DNA of 64,000 nucleotides from Daphnia carinata (lineage: Eukaryota): the NCBI RefSeq assembly GCF_022539665.2, contig NC_081333.1, forward strand, positions 12,958,001 to 13,022,000, written 5' to 3'. Within the stretch, counting starts at the first letter, position 1. Every line of letters starts with the position of its first letter. Positions 1 to 13,300 of the stretch are shown here, in pieces. Position numbers and translations under genes: made by a program. The notes under the pieces were generated by a model, which did no database searches, was not told where the DNA came from, and saw only the letters and a list, made by a program, of their open reading frames with translations.

Positions 1-1270
1 GAATTAAATCCACCTGGCTTGGAGAAAATGTTTATCCAATCTGTTAAACACATTGACGCCAAGTACAAACCGGGGCCTATGCTAAATTACTTTTACTTGG
101 GCCGTTCTCCAGTGTCTCGTACATTTTTCTCACAAATGACGCATCTGTTTGAAATCAACATTACGCGCAATTTAATTTTACCACGATTACGGTTTTTCAG
201 CGGAAATTTCTCATCAGTGTCGGTAAATAATTTTTTCATCAGTTAAAGAATGAAAAGGCAGAAAAATAATGTTGCCTAACCTTATTCAGATTTTAGACGA
301 GTTTTGTCGGAATCATCCCCAACTGGAACATGTACATTTTACAAATCGAGTGTTTGGCGGCAACAGACGAAAGAAGCCAATCACCTTTCAATGTCAATGG
401 GCGTTCCCCAAGTTACGAACGTTAGTCTTTGGCCGTAAGAGACCTCACCATGGTATGATGCACATTCTTTTTTTTTTTTTTTTTTAATTGAACTTTAAAA
501 AAAATTTCCGATAACAGATGTATTAATCAAGTTTATGGATTCATGCTCCAACTTAGAGGAGCTTCTGATTGGCGAATTTTTTGATTATGCGATATTAATA
601 TTCAACCGACGACCACCCGTTCGCGATTCTTTTGATTGCATAGCGAAACAAAGGCACTTGAGGAAGTTGTCTCTCAATAGTATTGAATTCGTTAATGGCT
701 CCTTTATCGAAACGGTATGACATTGTTTTAACTGCTTATCCATTATGCTAATTCGTATTGACGAAAAAGGTACTGGAAAATTGCCAAAAATTGGAAATCC
801 TTCATCTTGCCGGACAGTTTTTCGAAGATTCGGTGCCATTTCATGACGATTTCTGCAAATACCTTCCGTTAGGTAAACATTTGCGAGATCTTCGAATCCA
901 GAGAGAAGAAATGGAAGAACCAATCCTGATGGAATTGATATCAGCTGCCGGATCATGCCCATCTCTAGAGCGCTTCATGCTCTATCAATATAGGGGACTT
1001 TGTGTTAATAATGAGTTGCATTTAATTTTACCAAAATGCTTAATGAATCTGGTCAGTGTCCGACTACCGCGGCTGCTGGTTTTCTGCCTTATTTATCGTT
1101 TAGGACGTGAAACTTTTACAGCAATTACGGATGCATTTCGGGAACATATTTTACCGATGCGTCCATCATTTTGGTTTTATCTTAACGATACCCTACCTTC
1201 TGAAATCAATGTCCCACGCATTCATTTCGAGGGTATTATCGAGCCGGATTCTATTACCGTCTTTGGTTAG
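1..1270 (+). CDS. 3' part of a leucine-rich-repeat (F-box/LRR-like) gene, 5' end outside the window; exons approx. <1-223, 290-452, 518-714, 771-1270
   Basis: LRR-like motifs (CSNLEELLI, LRKLSLNSI, CQKLEILHL, CPSLERFML) in consecutive ORFs separated by short GT-AG introns; stop TAG at 1268-1270. Confidence 0.6.
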
Positions 1271-1625
1271 TCAAACAGGGAGTATGTAATAAAACTTAGA
1301 AAAAAAGCAGTTTATGTTTATCATGTTTTGAATAGTTAATGATGATCCCAGTGACCACACCCGAATTTGAAGTTCAATGGCTTTTTTTTTAAAATGGTTG
1401 ACGGACCACGAACCAGTTGTTGCTTCTGTTGCCATTGGAAGAAGGACGATGTCGAATAATAATGTGAAGACCCGGAGGCGATGCTTGAGGAACCGTGAAC
1501 AAAATAAAAAGTGAAATTATTCAAGGCCAATGTCACGCCAAGTGCGGGAATGGTGGCGTGACGAGTTATTGTTTTTCAGTCTTTACCATCTTCGGTATGT
1601 TATGGGAGTGGCGACGAATGGTGGG

Positions 1626-1631
1626 TATAAA
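1626..1631 (+). promoter_or_regulatory. TATA box of the first Tyr-rich secreted gene
   Basis: TATAAA 80 bp upstream of the ATG at 1706. Confidence 0.5.
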
Positions 1632-1705
1632 TAGAGAGCTTCTCGAACGAAGGCATCACACACCTTGGGTAAAACACTTGCCAAGCTTCCGCGCATTAAT
1701 TCATC

Positions 1706-2040
1706 ATGTACAAGGTAAAACTGTTTTCCATTTTTATTGATTATGTCTCATGTATTGTTTGTATTTGATTCAGATTGCTTTCCTTATTTTGGCTTTGGCC
1801 GCCTTCGTTTTTGCTGCCGAGACCCAACAAGATCAAGAAACTGCTGAACAATATTACCGCGTTCATGGTGTCTATCCATCTTGGTATTCGTATGGCGTAG
1901 TCCGTAATTACGGCTATCCGTACGGTTACAACGCTGCCGCTTACCCCTACGGTCTCAACTATGGCGCTTTCCCCTACGGAGTGCGAAGCTTTTATGGAGC
2001 TTACCCCAACTACGGCTATGGTTATAGCTACGGTTATTAA
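1706..2040 (+). CDS. Small secreted Tyr/Gly-rich cuticle-like protein; exons 1706-1714, 1774-2040
   Basis: ATGTACAAG|gt mini-exon, signal peptide (IAFLILALAAFVFA), QDQETAEQYY..GVYPSWY motif, YGY/AYPY repeats. Confidence 0.8.
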
Positions 2041-3036
2041 ACCTAAACGTTTAAATCCTTGAATTTGACTCTCACTCAAGCTGACCTCTCAATGTTGAAC
2101 ACGAGCAGCTTACCTGATATGCTCCCATTATGCTGATTTCTCAAAGGTTATTCTCATGTATACGTAATAACCCCACGTAAACCAACTGTCGCAAATAAAA
2201 CAATTTTGAAAATATATCTGTTCAGTTATTAACTCATTCATACAAAATTAAGATAAGCTATTTAAATAACAACGAACGATTTTAAGCAATAAAATAAAAT
2301 TGGATAAGAATGCAGCAAATTTCATTGTAAATTTGCGATCCTGTAGGAATTTTCTCCATCACGTAAATAATTGTTGTAAAATCGTTAATTTTTTTATTCT
2401 CTATTTTTTCTAAATTTGATTCAATTTGATTTAGAGTTGCAATAAAATGATCATATAAAGTATGGTCTATAAAAGTCTTATTAAGTGGTATTTAAAAGTC
2501 TTATTATTTGAGGAGTTGAGAGTGCGCGTATTAGGAAACTGCTGAACAATGGTATTGATTACCACGTCTTGCTGCTAAACAACATTACCCCACCTACATG
2601 GGTTATTCAATTCCCCTAAATGACGGTGCGTTCCACACCCACTTCAAATCAGTGGCGCTAGTACACCTTACGTTCATCTCCCATTGTGATTCTGACCTGA
2701 TCTTAGTGTATATAATAACTGTTAACTGATTGAGCCAAGTTGTTTGCACATTGGGCAATACCGCTACAGAAAGTAATTGTATCAAACGATAATTTTTTCA
2801 ACAAAAAAGAATTAAATCACAAGAATGGAATGATTTTCATATTTTATTATTTCAATTTTAACCAAATGACAGTTGTTTTTCTTTTTATCAAAAACATTAT
2901 GTGCCAAAATGCAACATTATTTAACAAAAAAGAAAAACAGGTTGTGTCAGCTACAGATGAATTAAAGTGAAGAAATTGAACTCGAGCACAGCTCTGGTCA
3001 TTGATGATCGTGTTGGGCGGTTACGTAACGGATAAC

Positions 3037-3493
3037 TTAGGCCTTGACGGGGGTTTCAACAGGGGCAGCAGCGGCATAAGGAGCAGCGCCATAAGGAGCA
3101 GCGTACGGGTAGGGGTTGAATCCAAATCCGAAGGGGTAGACAGGATAAGTTGTGGCAACATTCTTGACGCTAGTGGCAGCGGTGGGGTAGGTCTTAACAA
3201 CAGTGTTTGGGTAGGTGGCGAATGGGAAGCCGGTAGGGTAGTAAGGGTAAGGGTAATTGCGAACTCCATTGAAGGCTGTGGCACCATAGGTGTACCAACT
3301 GGGGTAAACACCGTAAATGCTGTAGTATTGCTCAGCAGCTTCCTGGTCCTGGGCCTCCATGGAGACAACGCAAGCAGCCAAAGCCACCAAAACCAAAAGG
3401 GTCTAAGTACATTAGAAATATTGGTCAGTTTTTATCATTTGATTTAAAATGCAAAGAGAATTAAAGAAGATTGTATACCATTGACTTGTACAT
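3037..3493 (-). CDS. Small secreted Tyr/Pro/Ala-rich cuticle-like protein, paralogue 2; exons 3493-3479, 3402-3037
   Basis: ATGTACAAGTCAATG|gt first exon, signal peptide, QDQEAAEQYY..GVYPSWY motif. Confidence 0.8.
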
Positions 3494-4882
3494 GTTGAAG
3501 AGGAGAGCTGCTGAGTTTGACTTGGTGATCAAGTGTGCTTTTTTCACTTCAAGTGCGTTCAATATATACTTGCAGAATTGGCCGGTAGAAATTGCAAAAT
3601 CCTTCATTTCCAACCACACCCCAAATTTGTTTTCAGGTGTATCCCGTACCATCTATAACTGGTTTCTTCTTCCTTTTTTTTTGAATCAACACGACATTGA
3701 TTTCTTGTTGGAAGTTAATGGTAGATTCCATCTTCATGGCTTCCATGTCCTTGAAAATGCAAACCCTTTGTTTTTTCTTAGCTCAATTTTAAATATGCAT
3801 CGGTGCCCCTTAGACAATGGGCGTTGGCCACAGCTGATGGCCCTTCCTATCTTTGATGCCACGCGAGATCTACCAAAATACCTGACATTTCCATTTATCA
3901 GATGCTCCCTGTATTCTAAGAGATTTATATTTCTCGCAATTCGTTGCCATCCAGAAATGAATTTACCAGTTCCATCAAGATACATCCACCAGAGTGAATT
4001 GCGATTTTTTTTTTCAAGCAAAACAAGTTTTAAAGATCAACGTCTTGCTCGTATTTTGCAATAAAAATATCAGTTCACAGAATCAAAATCGCCTGAACCA
4101 TTGGTTTATTACATTAGAAAAAAGAAGAAACAGAAATGCTTATTAATCCTCCGATTAAAACAGGAGTTTGAACGGGGAAAAACCTGTTGCAACGGTTCGT
4201 GTGCAAAAACATGTAGATTTTCATCGAACATCGTATGCTGGCCAAAATCTCTAACGGTCACGTCGGATTGGTTTCATGTTTCCCACGGTTAAAGATCTCA
4301 TTAGATGCTCTATTTTTTATCAAGAAAATAAAGAATATGTCGAGAATAATATTATCACATAAAGATATGGAAAAGGTGTAATTTTATACACGTGACCTTT
4401 TGTTTCGGCCTCATCCTCTCTGCAGCCTATAGGTAGGGTATGGGTAACTAAAATATTTTCCTTTGATTCATGTCATTTTCATTCCTATCCTCTTTCCACT
4501 TTATTTTTCTCCTAATTGCAGGACGGGGTTAGACAAGGAAAAGAATAGTAATTACATTTACGTTTCAAGTGTTAAGGTGTACGCAACACCCTTGCCGAAC
4601 CTTCACAACTTTAAATGTTTTCTTCTCATGGACATCAAACATCTAACGAAAGTCAATTATTATTTCGCAATGGCAAAAACAAGGGATGCGGGCAAGCATG
4701 TGATACAGGTGTTCTTGAAGTATCTTTTTTCTGAGATGGGTGTGGTTAATGGTTAATTGGCCTTAGCGTTTTGGCAACTGAGGGGCAAGCGATCGAGGGC
4801 GTATAAATTGAACAACTTTGGTTGCAAACAAGACACACTTGAACACCAAGTCGACTCAGCAGCAACTCATCATCTAATCATC

Positions 4883-5304
4883 ATGTACAAGTCAATGGTA
4901 AATATTTTGCAATTCACTTTTAATTTTTAAACAAATGCAAGTTACTGATCTCCTATATAATTCCGTAGTCCCTGTTGGTTTTGGTGGCTTTCGCTGCTTG
5001 CGTCTTCGCCGAGGAGGTCCAGGATCAGGAGGCTGCTGAGCAATACTACCGCCTTCATGGTGTTTACCCCAGTTGGTACAGCTTTAGCGGCCCTGGCTAC
5101 ACTGCAGTTCAGAGCTACCCTTACCCCGCTTACTCAGCCTACCCAGCTGCCTACCCAGCTGCCTACCCAGCTGCCTACCCTGCCGGAGTCAAGAACGTAG
5201 CCTCTCCTTACTACGCTGCTTACCCATATGGTTACGCCACCTATCCTTATGCTGCTCCCTACATGCCCTACGTGGCCGCCCCAGCAGCCCCTGCCAAGGC
5301 TTAA
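4883..5304 (+). CDS. Small secreted Tyr/Pro/Ala-rich cuticle-like protein, paralogue 3; exons 4883-4897, 4969-5304
   Basis: Same first coding exon as paralogue 2, QDQEAAEQYY motif, tandem AYPA (12-bp GCCTACCCAGCT) repeats; TATAAA at 4802. Confidence 0.8.
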
Positions 5305-7300
5305 CTTGATTCGCAAAAACCAGACCTGAACCACATCAAACTCTACTCGATATTGTCAATTCACGAATATAAAAAATAGCATGTTTTTAAGCTGCTAATA
5401 ATTGTATAACGACCAACAATACAATGATATAGACGATGAATTTTGTATTTTTCATTTTGTTGCTTAAACAGCTTGAACATTAAATATGCAATTTAGTCTG
5501 GTGTCATTTTCCAAGTTGTTTTATCTCTTCATTATGCCGTTCCAGCAACAATTGTTTACGTTGTAGTCGGCCATGTTTGGAACCGACTAGGTGATAAGGA
5601 GAGAATTTTCCAGAAACTGCTTGAAGACACGAGTCGAAAAAAAAATGCTTTGGCTTTTCGTCCAGCAGCATACATGACCATCGCTGCTGGCCAGATTGCA
5701 GGAGAGAAGTCGAAGTTGGAACCGTCCAGGAAGGGCGAGTCCATTCACACTTCATACATGAAGGCGTGGAACAGTTAGCAACAGACCGAACCATTGCAGC
5801 ACGTACGCCATTGTACAGGCAAATTTCGTTGGCCTCCCAACCTTTGCTTCCAATGTCAACAAGTTTTTAAGGTAAACGAAGGGAAGTGATCCATATATGT
5901 AGTGGTTAGAAAAGTGTTTCAAATGAATATCTCGATGACGTTTACTCTTTTGCTCGTTACGGATCTATCCCTGGATTTTCTGTTTTGAATGTTTTTTGTT
6001 TGAGCTACTTAACTGAAATCGCTGGTACGAACTGACCTTGTTGGGCGTCATGCATAAAAACACCATCACTTTTACCGTTTTGTTGAAATGAATTATTTAA
6101 TGGCGCAATTATGACGGTAGATTAACGTAACGCAAATGAATCAATTCAAATTACGTTCAGATTAGCTGAAAACATATCGCAAAAAAAAACTAAAGCGTAT
6201 CATCTTTTTAAAATTATGGCTAACAACCATTAAAATTATTTTACCTTGTATTTAAATTCGTCGCATAATGGGATACAGCAATGACTGGTCTAAATCAGCA
6301 TGAACAAGACAAAACGAAAACCAGCCAAACTTGTTTATTGCATTTACTTTAAACTTTTTTTTAGCTGAACAGATATGGAAATCCGACAACTTACAAAAAC
6401 AAGCGCTTTGTCCGCACCAATCAAAGTTGTCAGTGATTACCTAAGAAAACAACGGTGCATGTCATTTGAATACTATGTTTGTTTGAAGTTGCCCGCGCAA
6501 CATCCAAAGAATCCCGACACCTAGCGGTCACAAATTGAACTTGCTATGATATACATTGGCTGTTTGCTGTCATTTAGGTACTCGCCTATAAAGCTGCAGA
6601 CGTCAAGCATTGCTGGGCGCCTGAAGTGTATCAATCGGTTTCATAGTTCAATAGTTCTGTCCATTTTCTACCGTTCGATGAGCTTTCAGGTGAGTTGTAG
6701 GTTTGTTTTCACGCTGCCTTGGCAATCTTTCACGGTGTTTTGGTGCATTTTGTTGGCATTCTACGCGGAAGAGCTACGGCCCCGCAACAAGCCGTCGACC
6801 CGATGTGCTGTTGGAACTGGTTCTCTTACCTAAATTCCATCTAAAATGTTGACTCATTAGCGTTCCGAATAGGTGTAACCACGATTCCCCTTGGGCCTTG
6901 CTTTTCTATTCTACTTTGAACTAGTAGAGCTCTGGCCTTTTTTATTTGCCAACTTCGTAACTTTTCAAAACATTCACCTAGGTTCGAAAAAGAGTTGGTC
7001 AAGTTTACAAGCCTTCTCGTACTTCAAAGTTCCAAAAAAATGCAAAACTATTCGATAATTGAACCACTTGCTACGACTTGCTACATTTTGGATTTTCATC
7101 CGTGGAAAGAGTTCCATGAACCCACCAACCCTGTAATCATTCTGAGGTTTCCTGTCTGTTCGTGTTTCTCATGTTTTTCTGTGGTTTCCGCTAAATGTCT
7201 ACTTCCTACATATCATGTCCATTGTGTGCCCCATATTTCTAATACCCGTTTCTTTTTTTGTTTTGCGTGCCATTGTCTACAATCGATAGGATTTGCCGCC

Positions 7301-10300
7301 ATGTTCAGCTTTATGAAGAAGGACAAGGCAGACAAACGGGATAAAAAGGAAAGAAAAGAAACGAAAAAGCCTCAAACGAAAGATGCTGTTTTCCAAGCAT
7401 CTGGCAGTGGAAGTGGTGGCATTCTGTACGGAGCATCTGCCGCAACGGCCTCGGCATCCGGCAATGATAAACTAACAGCTGACGAGCTGCTCCGATTGGA
7501 TGAAGTCAGGCGAAGTTTGAAAATTCGTACGCGTCGCAAAGAGAAAGAGAAACTGCCCAGTGGAATCACTGCCGACTACACCGCCCATTTGGGTCTCCAT
7601 TTGGTAGACGGCGGTCTGTCCAGCACCAACGCGCAGGTCTGGCCTGAGCTTCACAGTCCCATAAGTGATGGAGGGAGTTGCACGAGCGATGGGACGCCCA
7701 GCTTGAATTCCCTGACTTCATCAACAGTTACGACCTCAACAACCATGATGATGAAACAGGAGACGTTTTCCGTTACCACCCCTGTTCCAGTCCCGCCGGC
7801 TCGAGGTATCCTCAAAGGCAAATCATCGTACGGGCTGGAATCTCCGCCAATCTTGGAGCTGGACGACGACAACAAGCTAGTGGAGAATACGCTGAAGAAT
7901 GAGTTAATAATTTACGAGAAGCCGCCGGCTGTATTGGGCACGAAAAAGGTAGCCGGGCCTCCCCCTCTGCCCAAATCGCAGCCACCCTTACCAGCCAATG
8001 GGGCTTTTCAGCGAGCAAAGACGGACGTGAGGATACAAGAAGAAGACACGTTTACTTATAGCTTTCCACGGCCACATGTGGCTCCGTTGGACGCGGCCAC
8101 AGCTGCAGCTATAGCCGCTGCGTCAGGTCTGGTTCCAGCTGAGACTTGTAGGCCATCTGGTGCCAAACTGTTGTGGAGCGAACCTCCTGGCGAAGGATCT
8201 GGATGGCTGGATCGTATCAAAACCCACAAAAGTCTTGATTCCTCATCGTCTTCCTTACTGCCTCTGCCTGCTCTGTTTGAGCCGGCCCTACCGGAGCCAA
8301 GAGACTTGACGCTGCAACGCAAAGAGACGGGCGATTTCGGTTTCTCGCTCCGCCGAAGCGTCGTGGTCGAACGATCGCCTAATGATCCTTCCAGGTAATT
8401 TGGCTAGCAACCCACTTTTGAAATTGATTTCACGATATGCCTGTCCTCCCACGCCATGATTTAACAACATGATAAACAATTTCAGGAATTCGGTGAAGAG
8501 GACGGTGATTTTCGCTGAACCGGTGACTGGCAATACCAACAAACAATTAGATGCGGCTCTTTTACCTGGCGACCGACTGCTCGAAGTCAACGGTCAAAAC
8601 GTTCAGAACACGAACCGCGAAGACATCATCGATATCATCCGCAATTCAGGATCCACCGTCACGCTCAAGGTTTGTTTTTTGCCACCATTTTGAAATGTGA
8701 AACTCTTGCAGTAGAACAATGCTAGGATGGCGCCACATACCTGTCTAGTCGTCTATTAAACATGACAAGAAAATCCTGGTTGAGAAATGAGTAATCCGTG
8801 AATCTGCGTCACGTACCTGCTGCAACATGTAATCATTATAAAGCAAAGACGCGTGATTTATGGCCTCGGGATTTATTTTAGCTGTTGCCGCAGTGCGTTT
8901 TGGCCTTGCCTCGGCTGTTTAAACACCTGCGGGGCGTGCATTATCGCACGAAATGTCTAATCCGATGCCACGCCACAACCCTATTAACAAACGAAATGTT
9001 TGACTAATCGCCAAAGTCAAACGGGCTGTGAAAATAACAAACACGATAGCCGAACTGCGCACAACAATTGCGAAATCGAGGTGTACACGACAGCAGTAAA
9101 ATGTTAGCCTATTTGTTAATCGTCTGGCTGTTATTCGGTTCAGTCACGAACCCGTTCAAACTGGTTTACAATTTATTTCATTTGTTTTTGTCTATTTTTG
9201 GCCATTTGAAATGAAACAAGGTAGAAGGCGATAAATGTTACCTGTTTTTATTTATTTGATATGTATTTTTTTATTATACAGGTGCAGCCCGTGGCTGAAT
9301 TGGTGGAACTATCTCGCCGCTGGGCGGCTGATGGTCGTCAAATTCGCCTGAACGACGTCATCGCCAAAGGTGGCACTCTGCGCAGGACCGGATCCTTACG
9401 CCACCGCCATACAAAGGTAAACACACTACCTCCATCTACCTTACGTAGTCTCCGATTCTCGTCTATCTTTTTTTTTTATCGTGTTGAGAGTTGCGTGCAA
9501 TAATCGTGAAAATGGGGGCTTCGTCCACGAACAAAACAAGCCGCCATTTTTTTTTTTTTAAACGAATCAAGAGAAAAATGAATGGCGCATACTTTTGTAC
9601 CAAAGATTATCGGGTCTTAAGTCACGTTCCATGAAGAGACATCATTATCACCTGAATTGAAAGGACAAATCTCTTTTGTGTTGGAATTCTTCCATGTTTA
9701 TTCGAGCGGAAGAAGAAAGAGTTGATGATGGCGTGGAATGCATAATGCATCCGCGTGATTTTCTCTTGGAGTTGTGTGTGTGTGTGTGCTTGTGGGTCAC
9801 CGATGCGCGTGTTTTTATTAAGGATTTTTACATATTTTAATGAAATCCTCCATCGCAATAGCGATTGATTCATGCGCTCCATCTTGTGTTCGGCCTGTCT
9901 CATTTGCATGGGTGCGGTCATCCCCCCTTTTTTGACGTATCGATCAACATTTTTCAAACCAAAATTAGGCTTTCATTCATTGATCGTCTAGAAAGTTTGA
10001 AAAAACATGTCGCCATTTTGGAAAAAAAAAAAGTCAGACAGCTGCGAAACAAGTTGACATTGTTCTCAATGGATTTGGTTGGTCGCCTTGACCGTAAATG
10101 TGTCTCATAGAAATTGTTTGAAAACGATGATGACCATATTGGTCCCTTTTTCAACCAAAAAAAAACTTGTTTATATCGAAAAAGGGAATTATCGATTAGA
10201 CCGAAGCCTTGATTGTGCCGATAAGTTAACGTTTAACCAACAAAACATTGCCCGATCGTGTGCTATATAACAAGAGAAAGAAAATCTTATTTTTTGTTTA

Positions 10301-13300
10301 TGCATATGAATTATGAGGGCCATTACTACGTGTGTGTCCTGACGTCCTTGACCAGCCAAAGCAAAACAATAGAGAGAATGTGGAGGCGGCATCGTTCACA
10401 GCATCCAAACATAGCGCTAGAGTGCACTGCTGTATACGTTCGGTGATTGGCAAAAACGCGACCCTTTTTCCCATTGAAAACTCCGACATCGTGTCTCTGT
10501 TTAAAACGGCCTTGCATTTCTGCTCAACTCTCTCCTCTCCCGGATCAATCCCGCACCATTTACGGGCAAGCGAATAATCGTTTTGACGTCTTGTGTCTAC
10601 GTAATGATGTTCCAAAGGGGGGCCTCTGTGTCCTAAAATAATAAAGGTGAATCTGACCTTGTCTTGCAAAATGGATGAGATACCAAAAGATGGCCGTCCG
10701 TAAATCACCAAACATTTTTGGGCCTATTCTGATTTCTCTTGTTTTTTTATATTTTTATACTTGTATGAATAATCCATTTGGAATCACATCGTCCGATGAC
10801 AAAGCCAACCAAAGCTGGACCCGAAGACCATCTTTGGCATAGTTGAGAGAGTTCTCTTTCAAAAGTCGCCTTTTTTGTTTTCACGCGTGAATTTTTTTTG
10901 GGGGGGGTAGCATTTCATTTCTCGATTCCAATTTTATTTGTGAATGCGTTGTGAAGACGCCCTTTTTCTTTTAAAGATATTTTTTTTAAAACTTGCTATT
11001 GGCAAGGCGTCTTCCACTGCTGGTGGCCATCACAACTTTGTTTGCTGGATGAATTCCTTTGCCCGCCATTTCACGTCCGTCGTCCAACCATCGACTTTTG
11101 ATTTCTAATCTCTTCTACGAAAGTAGCTTGTTTTCTTACCGTGTCCAATGACACGGCCAGCTGGGCAAACACGTACAGTCCAAAGATGAAGTTAAACAAG
11201 CCCCTCTCGCAGTCCACTTATCTCTGTGATATCATCTTTAAATAGAGTTTGTTTTCGACATTGAACTGTTTCAACAGCTCGGGTGTCTCATATTTTTTGT
11301 TCTTTAATTTCATTTGTGGGTCGCCTCACCTGTTGAAGCGCCACTTGTGTTCCAGGAGGGTGGGCATGTAGAGGGCGGACCCACTTCCCAAGCCGAGTCA
11401 CGTCTGAGACGCCCCTGTTAGTCTTATTCCAGCCGCCCGATAGAGCGGTGCTAACCGTTAGCCACTCTGCCCCCTTTTTTTTTTTCTTTAGTCCTTAGTT
11501 TTATTTATTTTTATATTTTCCCTATTGTTTATCGGTTACAAGTGAATTTTGTTCTATTCTTTTACCCCTCGTTTGTGTGTGTGTGATTTCGCAAGCCGGG
11601 CCAAGTCGGGACCAATCCAACTGTTTTTTTTTTTTTAACGACGACGTTGATGATTGCCACATTTTGTGATTGCAACGACTTGGCTCGGCAAACATCGTAA
11701 CGAAAAAATGGCGAAATCTTCAAGCGAATTGCATTTTCGTTCGTCTTTACGCGACGCGGCCAACAACAAATCACCGCCGTGCAATTTGCATCGCGGATGC
11801 AGCGGCCACTTGCACGGCCAGGGCGTTTTGAAAATAAAATCCAAAGTCGATCCGGCTCCGTGTCAAAGAAATTCAAGATCGTCCAGCCACTCGCCCGTCG
11901 CTTACGAACGAACATCCAACGGCCGCGAGACGGACGACAGTTGCTACAACAGCAGCAGCGACGTGGAATCGACGCCCACGCGCAAGAAATCCATGCTGGG
12001 ACTGGGCCGCGTCTTGCCGCCCGCCGCCGAATGCAAATCGCACCTACCGCCGCGCTCTCCGCCCAAATTCTTGGCATTTTCCACACGTTCGCTGTCATCG
12101 TCGACGTGCTCGTCTGATCAATCATCGTCGTCGAGATACTCGAGCAGTCCGTCTCCGGGCATTCACGACAACAGCCCGTTGCAATGGCCGTTCTCGGCCG
12201 CTTCGTCGGGCCTCTACCTCGAGGAGGTGAGCGAAGAGGCTGACGACGTTGACCTTGACGATCAATGGTCGGAACAGCATCGCATGGCCAGCACCAGTCC
12301 GTGCTCCACTTTGGCTTCGTCCACTTACGAGTCTTCAATAGATCAAGGCCGGCGACTGGCAATGTCGCCACACCAACTGAGACATTCGACCCCCAATAGG
12401 TCGCCATACACGGAGAGAAATCGGACGGCCAAGTCGTCCACTCCACCGGCCTTAAGGAGGTCCGTCGCCAGCAATAATAATGGCCCAGCATTGCGAAATA
12501 AAGCGCCGATTGTCGAGACCAAGAAGAAGACGCCACTGGCCAATGGGACGTCGATTTTAATCAAGAACAAGCGCGTGGATGATTTAAAGAGCAAAGGACC
12601 ACCGTCGAGATGTCCGTCCCCTTCGTTATCGCGTCGAAGTTCGGCCGCATCGTCACGCAGTTCTGGTAGCCAAACGACGGACGCATCGACGACTAGACGT
12701 GTCGTTAAACCTGTTGCAACAACGACGCCGACCACTAGCACGAAACAGCGCAGCCGGCCAGCTGTCAATTCAACAACAGCTAAAATTAAAACCACGACGA
12801 CGACGACCAACAGTTCATTGGCTAATAAGAACCAGAAAACGGGATCGAAACAGCGTCCGGTTACGCCACCTACACCACCTGCAAAAGAGGAGGTAGTTGT
12901 TGTACAAGTGGAGGAATTTTTTTGCATTTCATTTTGTTTGAATTCGCCCCCCACCTGCCAAGTGGGGAAAGGGTGGACGCGTTTTGAACTCGACGGGCGC
13001 CCGTCTGACGTCTCTTATCCAAACACGTCGATTGTTTCTTGTTCCTTTATTGTTTTAGCGACAAATGGCGATTGAAAATGCGTCGTTGTTAGGCCGACGC
13101 CCATCAGTCTTTTGTTCTTTGCCTTTCAATATTCGACGTCCTTTTTTTGACATTGGCGACCGCAATTTTACAATCCGCCGATGGCTTCCACGTCGTTTGT
13201 TTGTTTTGTTGGCATTGAGGAAAAGGGGCGAACAAAAGCGGAACATCCCCCCCCCCCACTTTAATTGTTTGTTCATTTTTTCCCAAACCGAAAGGAAAAA

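Noticed and set aside
3471..4064. 197-aa ORF between the cuticle-type genes
   Set aside because: Overlaps the promoter and first exon of the minus-strand gene; no domain signal.
5504..6060. Possible small minus-strand gene upstream of Myo18
   Set aside because: No coherent spliced frame or recognisable motif could be built.
11562..12954. Minus-strand ORFs of 324 and 203 aa
   Set aside because: Antisense shadows of the GC-rich plus-strand exon; no recognisable domains.
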